Below, in pieces: positions 1-9,981 of a DNA stretch of 64,000 bases. How positions within the stretch are numbered: position 1 is the stretch's first letter; every line of letters begins with the position of its first letter. Both the position numbers and the translations under genes were made by a program. The notes beneath the pieces are model-generated. The model saw only the letters and a program-made list of their open reading frames with translations. It was not told the origin of the DNA and searched no databases. The DNA comes from Patescibacteria group bacterium (GTDB lineage: Bacteria > Patescibacteriota > Patescibacteriia > Patescibacteriales > UBA12465). The DNA is taken from the NCBI GenBank assembly GCA_041671365.1, contig JBAZBP010000001.1, forward strand, positions 30,081-94,080, read 5' to 3'.

Positions 1-202
1 CGACAATGCCGAGAATCCATTTAGAAACATTGATAGCTAAGACTAGGAAGTCGTCGACGCCGTAATTGCCGCAATTGCCTTGATATCCGTCCGGACAGCC
101 ACCGACACTAGCCGGAATAATTTCGCCATGGACCAAGGCAGGAGAAAGCAACAATAAACTCAGCGTGAATAAAAGCGAAACTAATATTTTTTTTTTGAAC
201 AT
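1..202 (-). CDS. N-terminal fragment of a small secreted or membrane protein; the gene runs off the left edge of the window
   Basis: ATG at 202-200 on the minus strand. Translation MFKKKILVSLLFTLSLLLLSPALVHG... is signal-peptide-like and stays open to position 1. Absent from the ORF track because it is truncated. Confidence 0.4.
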   Translation of the reverse strand, partial: MFKKKILVSLLFTLSLLLLSPALVHGEIIPASVGGCPDGYQGNCGNYGVDDFLVLAINVSKWILGIV

Positions 203-222
203 AAAATCGATATTTATATAGA

Positions 223-1605
223 CTAATTAATGGTTTGTTGAATTTTAGAAGCGGTGGTGCTAATAATTGATTCAAAGTCTTCCGTTAGATTTTTTTTTGC
301 TTCATTTATCATTTCTTTTATGGCGTCTTCGGCAGCTTGTTCGTTTTTACCCTTATACCAGCTTTTAGCGGTTAAAACCTCATCGACAAAAACACTAATT
401 TCATTGTTTTGTTTCTTTTGCCAATCTATCAGCGCACGTAAGGCGGTAGGATGGTTGGTTTTTTGTAAATAGCCCTTAACGCTTTCTGCCTTGGTCATAA
501 ATTGGATAAAATCCCAGGCCTCATTTTGGTTAGTGCTTTTTTTAGAAACTCCTTCGATCCAGTAATTGGCAAAATTTATATTAGTTGGCGGATTACCTTC
601 GATTTGCGGCAATTTGACGATAGAAAAATTTAATTTTGGCGCTCGCGCTCGGATAGTCGCTAAATTATAGGAATAATCGAACATAATTGCTAAATTGCCG
701 TTGATAAACATGTCCAGAGAGTTGGGCAGACTATCGTTCCAAGAATATGATTCTTTGGCTGAGTTGGAAAAATCAGTATAAAAACGTAGAGCTTCGATGC
801 CGGGATTGTAACCGTTATTGGCTTGACCGGCCGCAGGTAAGTTAAATTGAACTCGACCAGCATCATCCATCATAATTGCTCCGTTTTGGATCATTAATAC
901 GGAAAGAATGTCACTGAAACGATTAATATTAGTACTACCGCCTAAAGCTACCCCCGCCTGGATTAAACCGTTTTTTGGATCTTGAATTGTTAATTTTTTA
1001 ACATCTTGTAAAAATTCATTATTCCAGTATTGCGGAATCTGACTAATGCCGGCATTATTTAATAAATCTTTATTATAGAACATAGCCAGAGTGTCTAATG
1101 ATAACGGTAGGCCATATATTTTTCCATCGTCTAAAATTACATCGTGGCCGACCACGTCGACAAAATTATCTTTCAAATCTTTAACCGTTAGACTATTATT
1201 GGTACGCAGTTGATAAGTTGTGCTTTTTTGGATCGTCCCGGTGGTTACCGGGTAAACCATAGTTACGGTTGCCGGCATGGGCGCTAATTTGCTTTGATAT
1301 TTTTTAACCCAGGTATTTTGAATAGAAAAAATATCCGGTCCGCGATCCTCGGCTAGAGCATTTAGTAGTTGGTTTTCATATTCTTCATAACGGAATTTAT
1401 GATATTCGATGGTAATATTGGGATGAATAGCTTTATATTGGGCAATAATATCTTGGAAGGCATCAGAATCGTCGAAGACGCGCCAGTAAACCAGAGTAAT
1501 CGGTTTCATGGCATTCTGAGTCTCTTGGCTGGCAATTTTACAGCCAAAACCGGAAGTCATTAAAAAAATGGTTAATAAAGATAAAATTGTTATTTTTTTA
1601 AACAT
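223..1605 (-). CDS. ABC transporter extracellular solute-binding lipoprotein (family-1 sugar-binding type)
   Basis: 460-aa ORF. N-terminal lipoprotein signal with lipobox (MTSGFGC). Length and sequence pattern fit sugar ABC substrate-binding proteins. Confidence 0.75.
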   Translation of the reverse strand: MFKKITILSLLTIFLMTSGFGCKIASQETQNAMKPITLVYWRVFDDSDAFQDIIAQYKAIHPNITIEYHKFRYEEYENQLLNALAEDRGPDIFSIQNTWVKKYQSKLAPMPATVTMVYPVTTGTIQKSTTYQLRTNNSLTVKDLKDNFVDVVGHDVILDDGKIYGLPLSLDTLAMFYNKDLLNNAGISQIPQYWNNEFLQDVKKLTIQDPKNGLIQAGVALGGSTNINRFSDILSVLMIQNGAIMMDDAGRVQFNLPAAGQANNGYNPGIEALRFYTDFSNSAKESYSWNDSLPNSLDMFINGNLAIMFDYSYNLATIRARAPKLNFSIVKLPQIEGNPPTNINFANYWIEGVSKKSTNQNEAWDFIQFMTKAESVKGYLQKTNHPTALRALIDWQKKQNNEISVFVDEVLTAKSWYKGKNEQAAEDAIKEMINEAKKNLTEDFESIISTTASKIQQTIN

Positions 1606-1694
1606 ATATTAGATTCCTGTTAGGGCAGGAATAACAGATTATTTTCAATTTTATTATAGCAAAAGAGACAAGAATATTCCAATTTTTTCATGAG

Positions 1695-3209
1695 TTATAA
1701 TAGTTTGGGGCGATATTGCAGGGCTTCAGCCAGATGTCCCGGTAAAATATTTTTTTCATCCGCCAGATCGGCAATTGTCCTGGATAATTTTAAAACCCGA
1801 AAATATGATCGGGCCGATAAATTTATTTTTTCACCGGCCATGCTCAGAAGTTGGTACCCGGAGCTGTCCAGAGAACAAAAGGTTTTAATATCGGAGTTAG
1901 TCATTTCCGCATTAGTCAAAAATGATAATTTTTTAAATCTGGCCACTTGTCGAGCTCGAGCCATTTCTACTCTTTGGCGAACATTCCGAGAAGATTCGCT
2001 AGCGTTTTCTTCTTGTATTTTCTCTAAATTTACTCGTGGAACTTCAACGTGCAAATCAATGCGATCTATTATTGGACCAGATAAGCGATGGCGATAATTA
2101 ATTATTTGATGCGGCGAACAACGGCATTCTTGTTTTTTATCGCCTAGATATCCGCACGGGCAAGGATTCATAGCCGCCAGCAGCATAAATTTAGCGGGAA
2201 ATTTGAGACAACCGGAAGCACGATTAATATTAATTACCCCTTCTTCCAATGGTTGGCGCAAATTTTCTAAAGATGAACGAGAAAATTCGGGAAATTCATC
2301 CAGAAATAATACTCCGCGATGGGCCAGAGATATTTCTCCGGGATGCGGCCAAGCTCCACCCCCAACCAGGGAAACGCCGGAAGCACTGTGATGTGGCGAT
2401 CTGAATGGTCGAACAGAAATTAAAGCTTGGTTATTTTTTAATTCTCCGGCGGCACTATAAATTTTTGTTATTTCCAGTTTTTCATGAAAACTTAGAGATG
2501 GCAGGATGCTCGGTAGAGCTTTGGCTAAAAGAGTTTTTCCCGATCCCGGAGAACCAAATAGCAGGAGGTTGTGTCCGCCGGCCGCGGTTATTTCTAAAGC
2601 CCGTTTAGCTTTTTCTTGTCCTTGAATTTCCGCTAAATCAAAATCAGTCTTTTTAATTAATGGTTTATATCTTGTTATTGCCGCTGGAGTCAGCAACTCT
2701 TTTTTTTGAAGATGTTTAATTAATTGCGATAGATTATCCAGAGGAAAAATAGTTAATCCTTTGACGAGTTGAGCTTCGGCTACATTGGCGGCAGGAATGA
2801 ATAAAGTGGTAATCTGTGCCTGTTGTGCCGCGAGGGCCATAGATAACAGGCCGTTGACCGGTTGAATTTCTCCGTTTAACGACAGTTCGCCGACCAACAG
2901 ACAGTTATTAAAATTAATTTTGAAATTATTTTTTAAAGCTAGAATACTGATAGCAATCGGCAAATCATAAGCCGGACCGCGTTTTTTTAAATCTGCCGGA
3001 GCGAGGTTAACCGTAATTTTACGACGCGGAAATTGTAGCCCGCAATTGCGTAAGGCGCTTTTTACTCTTTCTTTTGATTCCGACACGGCGGCATCCGGTA
3101 AACCGACGATTGTAATTTGGCCGAAATCCCCGCCGCCGGAATCGGCTTCGACGGCGACGGTTACCGCCTCTAAGCCGTTTAAAGCGGCGGACCATATTTT
3201 TGTGGGCAT
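1695..3209 (-). CDS. comM: YifB/ComM family Mg-chelatase-like AAA ATPase
   Basis: N-terminal Lon-like domain (YDLPIAISILA), Walker A GSPGSGKT and a C-terminal ChlI/MCM-like region. Start moved to MPTKIW (ATG 3209) inside track ORF 1695..3227. Confidence 0.85.
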   Translation of the reverse strand: MPTKIWSAALNGLEAVTVAVEADSGGGDFGQITIVGLPDAAVSESKERVKSALRNCGLQFPRRKITVNLAPADLKKRGPAYDLPIAISILALKNNFKINFNNCLLVGELSLNGEIQPVNGLLSMALAAQQAQITTLFIPAANVAEAQLVKGLTIFPLDNLSQLIKHLQKKELLTPAAITRYKPLIKKTDFDLAEIQGQEKAKRALEITAAGGHNLLLFGSPGSGKTLLAKALPSILPSLSFHEKLEITKIYSAAGELKNNQALISVRPFRSPHHSASGVSLVGGGAWPHPGEISLAHRGVLFLDEFPEFSRSSLENLRQPLEEGVININRASGCLKFPAKFMLLAAMNPCPCGYLGDKKQECRCSPHQIINYRHRLSGPIIDRIDLHVEVPRVNLEKIQEENASESSRNVRQRVEMARARQVARFKKLSFLTNAEMTNSDIKTFCSLDSSGYQLLSMAGEKINLSARSYFRVLKLSRTIADLADEKNILPGHLAEALQYRPKLL

Positions 3210-3263
3210 AAAATTTATTATTATCAAAAGGATATTATTTTAAAAATATAAAATAAGGATTTC

Positions 3264-3294
3264 AAAAAATCACCCGTTCCCAGGGTGATTTTAT
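3264..3294 (-). terminator. Rho-independent terminator downstream of smc
   Basis: Hairpin aaaatcaccc / gggtgatttt with a 7-nt loop, flanked by A and T runs, about 50 nt after the smc stop. Confidence 0.6.
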
Positions 3295-3344
3295 TATATA
3301 GAAATAGAGATGAAATTAAATTAAATTTTTTATAAAAAAATATT

Positions 3345-6300
3345 TTATTTTTTTAAATCATCTAGTTTAACGCTTAATAATTTGCTAACGCCATCGGCCT
3401 CCATAGTCACGCCGTATAAAATGCTAGCGCGCCGCATGCAGGCGCGATTGTGAGTGATAACAATAAATTGAGTTTTATTGGATAAATCATCGAGAATTTT
3501 GGCCAAGCGCTCCGAATTAGATTCGTCGAGCGCAGCGTCGACTTCATCTAAAACCACAAAAGGAGAAGGGTTAGCGCTAATAATGGCGCAAATTAAAGCG
3601 ATAGCGGTTAAAGCGCGTTCTCCTCCCGAGAGCATGGTAACCGCTTGAATTTTTTTACCAGGTGGCGTAGCCTGAATCTCAACTCCGGCTAAACCGACCG
3701 CATTGTGTTTTTTGAGAAATTTTATAGTTTTTAGTTTTTCGTCCACTTCATTTTTTATTGCTGTTTCTACTGGTGTTAGACCGGCGGCTAAATTAAGATT
3801 AGTATTAAAATTAGCGCTCGTCGGATTATTTTTGTTTTCTTCTTTTTCTAAATCAGCAATCATTAATTTAAAGATTTTGGCGGTACCGCCGTTAAATAAT
3901 ATTTTAAAATATTCATTAAATTTTTCGGCAATAACTTTAAATTCAGAATCAAAACGATTTTTAATATTTTTATCTAATTCATAAATTACTTCTTCTAATG
4001 ATTTAATAGCATTTCCCAGATCGCTTGTCTGACCGCTTAAGAAATCATAACGCTTTTTAGTATCTTCATATTCTTTTTCGGCTTCCGGGTCGATTCCCCC
4101 GATAAGTTCTAGTTGGTTTTTATTGTTAGCGATGATTTTATGTAAATGTTCTGGGTCGTTTAATTCTTTTTGAAGAGGATGATTTTTAATAGCGGTTACC
4201 TCTAACCCGTCATTTCTTATATTGAGTTCTAAGTCTTCAAGTTTAGTTTCTTGACGGGTTGCCTCAATTTGAAAATTATTAAGTTCCGTAGAAATTGAAT
4301 TTATTTCTTGCTGGAGCGATTGAATACTTTTTTGATAGTCGAACATCTGGGTTTTCTCGGCTTCTTTTTGTTGATTGAGTATCTCTAATTTATTTTCTAA
4401 ATTTTTTATTTCTTCGTTTAAAGTAAGCAATTTTTCATTAATTTCTTTTTTTTCTTTTTCCTGACCGGCGGCGTCGACTTTAATTTGACTTTTTGCTATT
4501 TTGCTGTCGATATTATAAATTTCTTGAGTGATTTGCGTTTTTTTAGCCTGTAGCAAGCGCAGGCGCTCATTTAAAGATGAGGCCTTTAAACGTGAATTTT
4601 GGATTTTGTCTTCAATAATTTGTTTTTTTTCGTTTAATTCTTTGAAATTATCGTTTTTAATTAATTCGTTTATATTTTTTTCTAGAGAACTTATCTTTTT
4701 ATTGATAGCGGCCCTTTCTTCTTCTATTTTTTCAGCATCAAATTTAACCTGAGTTTTTTCCAGTTTAGTTTTAATGTCCTCGGTTTCCCGAGTTATCTGT
4801 TGGACTTTGTCTTCTAATAGATGCTGTCTTTCGTTGGCGGCCGCCAGACGCAAGCCTTCCTCATTTAAATCATTGTTTATGTTTTGGCGTTCCTCGGTCA
4901 AGGTTATTATTTCTTCTTGAATTGTTTTTATTTGTTGCAATTTATCATTGCTTTTATCAGCTAGAAATACTTTTATTTTAGTTTGAAAATCTTTTTTAGC
5001 GTTAGTGATTAATTCTTTAATCTTGATTAATTCGGTTTCGCCGTCGATAGTATCAAGTGTTTTAAGAAAATTATCGATTAGGCGACCAATTTCGACATGG
5101 TGGTTTTCGCTAGTGCCGGTTTTTTTTAGTTGTTGGTTGATTAGAATTATTTCTCCGTTCAAACGGTTAAGTTTTTCTTGTTGAGAATTTAATTTATTTT
5201 CTAAATTATTTTTTTTAGTCGGATTACTGGTTTGTTTTAAGTTTGTAATTTCTTGGTTAATTTTAATTAACTCTGTTTGTAATTCTTTATTTTTATTGTT
5301 AAGCCAGGAGACATCAAATTGTCCCTGAACCTCCAAATTAACCTCCAAGACCGCCTCAAGTTTGGATATTTGTTTTAAGTATTGGTTTTTTTCGGAGATT
5401 AAGTCGTTTATTTTAACCTGGTTGTCGTTAACTTTAATCAATTCGGCTTTAATATAATCAAGTTCGGCCTGTAAACGACTTTCTTCCGATTGAAAATTAT
5501 TTTTTTCTAAAGAGTTTATTTCCGCTTTCAGATTTTCTAGTTCGAGGGTCAACTCTGCTTGTTTGTTGTGGAGCCAAGAAACGTCAAATTTTCCCTGGGA
5601 TTCGAGTTTAACCTCTAGTTCTGCCTGTAGCCTGGCCAGTTGCTTAAGATATTGATTTTTTTGGTCGTTCAGTCCTTTAAGGCGCGGTTGCAGTTCGTTA
5701 ATTTCTTGAAAATTATTAGCCGAACGGACCCTATTTAATTCTTCATTAAATTTATTTAATTTCTTTTCTTGTTCCAATTTAATTTTTTCGTTGGACAGTA
5801 AGCTTTGGTTGGAATGATTTAATTTTTGGTTAATCTCTTGCCAAAGAAATCCATAATAGTTTAGTTGGTCGGTTCGCAAGGTGTTTTCAATTTCACTGCG
5901 GCGTTTTAGTTTTTCTACTTGGCGGGTTAAACTTTTAAGACGGGGTTTGATTTCGGTTAAAAGCATCTCAACTTGCTGGAGATTTTCGTAGCTATTTTCT
6001 AATTTATTTAGGGCCGAGTCGCGTTTAATCTGGAATTGTTTAACTCCGGTTGCTTCGTCGAAAAAATCTTTTCGTTCAGCCGCCGAAGAACTTAAAAAAT
6101 TTTCTACCATTCCCTGGCCGATGACGCTATAAGTTTTTTGACCGAAGTTCGCCTTAGCTAAAAGCATTTGAATGTCGGCAAGACGGACGCGATTGTTATT
6201 AAGCAAATATTCACTTTCTCCGTTGCGATATAATCGGCGAGTAATTACAATTTCATCACAACTTATTATTAATTGATCTAAGTCGCTCTCTTTTTCCAGA

Positions 6301-6617
6301 ACATCCGGTTGTTTTAATTTATTTTTAACGGCTTCAGAGTTGTTTAAATATAAAGACACCTCGGCTAAACTGAGTTGATTTTTTTGATCTGAACCGGAAA
6401 AAATAACATCTTCACTTTTTTTTCCTCGCAAGGTTTTTAAGCTTTGTTCTCCCAAGGCCCAGCGAATAGCATCAGCGACGTTAGATTTGCCGGAACCATT
6501 CGGACCAACAATGGCGGTTAAACCTCGTTTTTCATCGCTTACCAATCCGGAAAAAATAAGTTTATTTTTATTGGCGAAAGATTTAAATCCCTGAACCTCC
6601 AGTTTTTCTAGATACAT
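3345..6617 (-). CDS. smc: SMC-family chromosome segregation ATPase (atypical: no recognisable hinge)
   Basis: 1090-aa ORF. N-terminal head with Walker [10 protein letters not shown], very long heptad-rich coiled coils, and a C-terminal head with LSGGE signature and Walker [13 protein letters not shown]. Confidence 0.85.
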   Translation of the reverse strand: MYLEKLEVQGFKSFANKNKLIFSGLVSDEKRGLTAIVGPNGSGKSNVADAIRWALGEQSLKTLRGKKSEDVIFSGSDQKNQLSLAEVSLYLNNSEAVKNKLKQPDVLEKESDLDQLIISCDEIVITRRLYRNGESEYLLNNNRVRLADIQMLLAKANFGQKTYSVIGQGMVENFLSSSAAERKDFFDEATGVKQFQIKRDSALNKLENSYENLQQVEMLLTEIKPRLKSLTRQVEKLKRRSEIENTLRTDQLNYYGFLWQEINQKLNHSNQSLLSNEKIKLEQEKKLNKFNEELNRVRSANNFQEINELQPRLKGLNDQKNQYLKQLARLQAELEVKLESQGKFDVSWLHNKQAELTLELENLKAEINSLEKNNFQSEESRLQAELDYIKAELIKVNDNQVKINDLISEKNQYLKQISKLEAVLEVNLEVQGQFDVSWLNNKNKELQTELIKINQEITNLKQTSNPTKKNNLENKLNSQQEKLNRLNGEIILINQQLKKTGTSENHHVEIGRLIDNFLKTLDTIDGETELIKIKELITNAKKDFQTKIKVFLADKSNDKLQQIKTIQEEIITLTEERQNINNDLNEEGLRLAAANERQHLLEDKVQQITRETEDIKTKLEKTQVKFDAEKIEEERAAINKKISSLEKNINELIKNDNFKELNEKKQIIEDKIQNSRLKASSLNERLRLLQAKKTQITQEIYNIDSKIAKSQIKVDAAGQEKEKKEINEKLLTLNEEIKNLENKLEILNQQKEAEKTQMFDYQKSIQSLQQEINSISTELNNFQIEATRQETKLEDLELNIRNDGLEVTAIKNHPLQKELNDPEHLHKIIANNKNQLELIGGIDPEAEKEYEDTKKRYDFLSGQTSDLGNAIKSLEEVIYELDKNIKNRFDSEFKVIAEKFNEYFKILFNGGTAKIFKLMIADLEKEENKNNPTSANFNTNLNLAAGLTPVETAIKNEVDEKLKTIKFLKKHNAVGLAGVEIQATPPGKKIQAVTMLSGGERALTAIALICAIISANPSPFVVLDEVDAALDESNSERLAKILDDLSNKTQFIVITHNRACMRRASILYGVTMEADGVSKLLSVKLDDLKK

Positions 6618-6696
6618 ATTGTAGCCGCTTTTTTATTTAAGTCGTTTAAGTTATAATAGTATCATAAACTTTTATTATTAAAAACACAACCACTAT

Positions 6697-7266
6697 ATGA
6701 TAGTTTCTTTGAGTGGAGCCCTGGGTTCCGGAAAAAGTACAATTGCTCAAATGTTGGCCGATAAATTAGGGTGGCCGCGATATTATATGGGTGGTTTAAG
6801 GCGGGCGGCAGCCGAAAAAAAAGGAATGACTTTAGCGGAATATAATAAATTAGGAGAGACTGATATCTATACTGATCAAGAAGTTGACGAATATCAAAAA
6901 AAATTGGGCCAAACACAGGATAATTTTATTATTGAGGGTCGAACTTCTTGGTATTTTATTCCTAATTCATTAAAAATTTATCTGGATGTTGATTCGGAAG
7001 AAGGGGCAAAAAGAATTTTTAGTAGTTTACAAAAGAAAAATAATCGTAATGAGGATCGAGGACTTGAGAGCGTAAAAGCAGTGCGAATTAGCGGGGAAAA
7101 TAGATTAGCTAGTGATCGCTTAAGATATCAAAAATATTATAATATAGATGTTAATGATAAAAATCATTACGATTTTTATCTCGATACTACGAATTTAAGT
7201 CCGGAGCAGGTTTTTACGACTGTTTATGATCAAATAAAGACCAGGCTTGACAATAAGAAATATTAA
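6697..7266 (+). CDS. Cytidylate kinase-like (NMP kinase family) protein
   Basis: 189-aa ORF with P-loop GALGSGKST at the N-terminus. Size and pattern fit short CMP-kinase-family proteins. Confidence 0.6.
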   Translation: MIVSLSGALGSGKSTIAQMLADKLGWPRYYMGGLRRAAAEKKGMTLAEYNKLGETDIYTDQEVDEYQKKLGQTQDNFIIEGRTSWYFIPNSLKIYLDVDSEEGAKRIFSSLQKKNNRNEDRGLESVKAVRISGENRLASDRLRYQKYYNIDVNDKNHYDFYLDTTNLSPEQVFTTVYDQIKTRLDNKKY

Positions 7267-7350
7267 TTATAATATTAGACAAGATTTGCCTTATTATTAA
7301 GCACTTAAAAACGAGACCCGATTAGTCTCGTTTATATAATTTTTAACCAT

Positions 7351-7677
7351 ATGGTTGAGACTAAATTAGATTTAAAGCCGGGAATGACTGTCAGAATTTT
7401 TCAAAAAATCAAAGACTTAAATTCCAAAGGTGAAGAGAAAGAAAGAATTCAGTATTTCGAAGGAATAATTATTGCTCGTAAGCATAATAAAGAAATAGGG
7501 GCGACAATTACCGTTCGTAAAGTATCTGAAGGAATTGGCGTCGAAAAGATTTTTCCGCTTAATTTGCCAACGATTACGAAAATTGAGATTAAAAAGCAGG
7601 CCAAAGTCAAACGAGCCAAACTTTATTATTTGCGCACTGGTTATAAGAAAAAATTAAAAGAAAAAGTCGTTAAATAA
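7351..7677 (+). CDS. rplS: 50S ribosomal protein L19
   Basis: 108-aa ORF with the typical L19 pattern (GMTVRIFQKI...RIQYFEGIIIARK...TVRKVSEGIGVEKIFPL). Confidence 0.9.
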   Translation: MVETKLDLKPGMTVRIFQKIKDLNSKGEEKERIQYFEGIIIARKHNKEIGATITVRKVSEGIGVEKIFPLNLPTITKIEIKKQAKVKRAKLYYLRTGYKKKLKEKVVK

Positions 7678-7697
7678 TATTACGACATTTTTCGTTA

Positions 7698-7784
7698 GGG
7701 CGGATGGTGAAACTGGTAGACACGCAAGCTTGAGGTGCTTGTGGCCGCAAGGCTGTGGAGGTTCGAGTCCTCTTTCGCCCACCA
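7698..7784 (+). tRNA. tRNA-Leu (anticodon GAG), CCA encoded
   Basis: Hand-folded cloverleaf: acceptor gggcgga/ttcgccc, anticodon stem caagc/gcttg with loop ttGAGgt, long variable arm, T-arm ggagg-ttcgagt-cctct, then A-CCA. Confidence 0.9.
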
Positions 7785-7794
7785 TTTGCAATAA

Positions 7795-7868
7795 GGGCAC
7801 ATAGCTCAGCTGGTTAGAGCACTTCGTTTACACCGAAGGGGTCCAGGGTTCGAATCCTTGTGTGCCCA
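7795..7868 (+). tRNA. tRNA-Val (anticodon TAC), no encoded CCA
   Basis: Acceptor gggcaca/tgtgccc, anticodon stem cttcg/cgaag with loop ttTACac, T-loop ggttcgaatcc. Confidence 0.9.
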
Positions 7869-7877
7869 CACAAGTAT

Positions 7878-7905
7878 AAAACAGGCATAAGGTCTGTTTT
7901 ATATT
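7878..7905 (+). terminator. Rho-independent terminator after the tRNA-Leu/tRNA-Val pair
   Basis: Hairpin aaaacaggc / gtctgtttt followed by T-rich sequence, 10 nt after tRNA-Val. Confidence 0.6.
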
Positions 7906-8002
7906 TATGCAGACACAAAAAGATAAATAAGTTTTGGTTTGGTTTAAAAATATCAGTTCTTTTTAATTAAATATATCTTTGAATAAAAAATTGGAGAAAA
8001 AA

Positions 8003-8278
8003 ATGAAAAAGCCTGTACGTAGGTTGTGGAGGGTTTTGTTAGCCCTGTTTGTAGGGTTCTTTGTTAGTTTGATTGTGTTTCTAGTTAGTCGTCATCTCGG
8101 CGCAGCCCCATTGATTAGTTATGTTGTTTGTCTCCCGATAGGCCTCATGGTAGGAGTTATCGCCGGATTGACGACAATTCGGGGAGTTCGAATAGTTTTT
8201 AGGTTAGATGTTTTTAAAAATATATTTAATTTTGTTGGGGATGCTTGGTATTTAATCAAGCAAATGTTTCAAACTTAG
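8003..8278 (+). CDS. Small integral membrane protein, unknown function
   Basis: ATG at 8003 preceded by GGAG. Two predicted hydrophobic helices. Followed by a hairpin plus T-run at 8283-8316. Confidence 0.5.
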   Translation: MKKPVRRLWRVLLALFVGFFVSLIVFLVSRHLGAAPLISYVVCLPIGLMVGVIAGLTTIRGVRIVFRLDVFKNIFNFVGDAWYLIKQMFQT

Positions 8279-8366
8279 GATTAGAGCGTTCAATGATGAG
8301 CGCTCTTATTTTTTTAACGTTGTTTGATATCTTTATTTTTTAGAAAAAGTATTTTAGACTATAAGC

Positions 8367-8789
8367 ATGAAGATCATAATTACTAAAAATGAAAAAGCTA
8401 CTTTTAACTTCGGTTTGGCCCTAGGAAAAAAATGTCGAGGGGGTGAGGTTTTTGCGCTCTGCGGCAATCTCGGGGCGGGTAAAACTAAATTGTTACAAGG
8501 TTTGGCTGCCGGCCTGAGAATTAAAAAACAGGTTAACAGTCCAACTTTTAATATTCTAAAAATTTATAAATCAGCCGGAAAAGTTAAATATTTTTGTCAC
8601 ATTGACGCTTATCGTCTAAGATCCGGACAAGATTTAATTGCTTTGGGAGTTGAAGAATTTTTAAATTCGCAAGAAACCGTAACGGCGATTGAGTGGGCGG
8701 AAAAAGTTGAAGAAATTTGGCCGAAAGAAATAAGGGTTGTCAGTATTAAGCAACTATCTATAAATAATCGAGCTATTACTATTAACTAA
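8367..8789 (+). CDS. tsaE: tRNA t6A37 biosynthesis ATPase TsaE (YjeE family)
   Basis: 140-aa ORF with P-loop GNLGAGKT followed by SPTFNI and HIDAYRL, the TsaE hallmark motifs. Confidence 0.8.
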   Translation: MKIIITKNEKATFNFGLALGKKCRGGEVFALCGNLGAGKTKLLQGLAAGLRIKKQVNSPTFNILKIYKSAGKVKYFCHIDAYRLRSGQDLIALGVEEFLNSQETVTAIEWAEKVEEIWPKEIRVVSIKQLSINNRAITIN

Positions 8790-9264
8790 TAGTTTCTTTA
8801 TTTTTGAGGTTTTTTAAAATTAAAATAATGGCTCCGCCGCTGATCATCACATCCGCCAGATTAAAAACAGTAAAATATTTTAATTCTAAATAATCAATGA
8901 CATAGCCATATATTAAGCGATCAAATATATTACTTAAAGCGCCAGTGAAAATGATACTTAGTAAAATTATTTCTAATTTACGGTCGTCTTTATAAAAAAT
9001 TAGATATATTATGTAAATCAATAGTAGGACTATTACTACTATGATTAAAGTGTTAAGAAGTAACCCTCCTAGCGGCAGAGAAAAAGCCATGTAGGAATTA
9101 GCGGTAAATTGAAAAGAAAGAATGTCTCCAATAAGTTGAAACGGTTGAATTGTTTTAAAATTTAGAGCCAACGCTTTTAAAGTCCGATCGACACTAAAAA
9201 ATATAGCTATTGCTAAAGCAATAGCTATATAGTAAAAATTATTTTTGTTTAAAAATTTATTCAT
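8782..9264 (-). CDS. lspA: Lipoprotein signal peptidase II
   Basis: 160-aa four-helix membrane ORF with DR...K and FNLADVMISGG motifs typical of LspA. Confidence 0.8.
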   Translation of the reverse strand: MNKFLNKNNFYYIAIALAIAIFFSVDRTLKALALNFKTIQPFQLIGDILSFQFTANSYMAFSLPLGGLLLNTLIIVVIVLLLIYIIYLIFYKDDRKLEIILLSIIFTGALSNIFDRLIYGYVIDYLELKYFTVFNLADVMISGGAIILILKNLKNKETIS

Positions 9265-9640
9265 TCTCTTGTAATTCAGTCTTGCAGCTAACGCAAGAAT
9301 TAGCCGTCGGTCGCGCTAATAATCTTTTTTTAGCGATAGGTTTGCCGCAATATTTGCAGATACCATAAGTACCTTTTTTTATTCGATCTAGGGTTTTATC
9401 GATATCGGCTAAGCTTTTCTCTAAAACCTTTTCGGTAACGATGTCGGTCGAATAATCGTTTATTTCTTGAGCATTCTCGTCCGGTTTGTCGCCGTATTCC
9501 GGAAATTTAGTAGTTCGATCATCGGCTTCATGATTATCTTCACGCGACAAATCTCCCAGATCAATCATAATCTGTTTTTTTTGGTCTTTAAGTTGTTTTT
9601 CAATTTCTTTGATTGTTTGTTGGTCTAACTCCTGGTTCAT
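9257..9640 (-). CDS. DksA/TraR-family C4 zinc-finger protein
   Basis: C-terminal CKYCGKPI...CVSC four-cysteine finger after an acidic coiled region. Start set at MNQELD (ATG 9640). Overlaps the lspA start by 8 nt. Confidence 0.75.
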   Translation of the reverse strand: MNQELDQQTIKEIEKQLKDQKKQIMIDLGDLSREDNHEADDRTTKFPEYGDKPDENAQEINDYSTDIVTEKVLEKSLADIDKTLDRIKKGTYGICKYCGKPIAKKRLLARPTANSCVSCKTELQENE

Positions 9641-9746
9641 ATTAGTAAAAATTAAAAAAACCATTTAGTGATTTTATTATTTAAATTATAGAGTATAAAT
9701 CGATTTTTGGCAAGATTTTCGGGATCAATATAAATGTCTAGGCGTT

Positions 9747-9775
9747 TTGACAAGATAAAATATTTTTGCTATGAT
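9747..9775 (+). promoter_or_regulatory. Sigma-70-like promoter upstream of tRNA-Asp
   Basis: TTGACA (9747-9752), 17-nt spacer, TATGAT (9770-9775), about 90 nt upstream of the tRNA. Confidence 0.45.
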
Positions 9776-9863
9776 TTTTTTGTGGCTAGGGATAGAATGG
9801 CCATTTTTTAAGACCTATTGAAATAGCTGCTGGGGTCTAGGGTTGTGAATTTGTTATTTATTT

Positions 9864-9937
9864 GGAGTGGTAGCTCAGTTGGTTAGAGCGCCTGCCTGTC
9901 ACGCAGGAGGTCGCGGGTTCGACCCCCGTCCATTCCG
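9864..9937 (+). tRNA. tRNA-Asp (anticodon GTC), no encoded CCA
   Basis: Acceptor ggagtgg/ccattcc, anticodon stem cctgc/gcagg with loop ctGTCac, T-arm gcggg-ttcgacc-cccgt. Confidence 0.9.
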
Positions 9938-9981
9938 CTAATAAAAATATCCTAACTTTGTTAGGATATTTTTATTATTGT
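9922..9981 (+). repeat. Direct repeat copy 1 (60 bp): tRNA-Asp from mid T-loop to its 3' end, plus the terminator
   Basis: Identical base for base to 10134-10193 by direct comparison of the two strings. Confidence 0.95.
9943..9978. terminator. Bidirectional hairpin terminator (copy 1)
   Basis: 13-bp perfect stem aaaaatatcctaa / ttaggatattttt with loop ctttg. A-run on one side and T-run on the other. Confidence 0.75.

Noticed and set aside
254-472. Short plus-strand ORFs nested antisense inside long, well-supported minus-strand genes. The same pattern recurs elsewhere, e.g. 1369..1563, 1690..2097, 2203..2391, 3703..3984, 4528..4752, 6662..6916, 13058..13255, 14897..15226, 16659..16937, 32925..33119, 36587..36778, 38195..38500, 39862..40080, 42370..42691, 48084..48461, 49327..49758, 54674..54944, 58575..58853 and 62711..62989.
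   Set aside because: Each lies entirely within a longer ORF on the opposite strand, or in another frame, that has clear family motifs. Their translations are low-complexity with no recognisable motifs, as expected for chance ORFs in AT-rich DNA.
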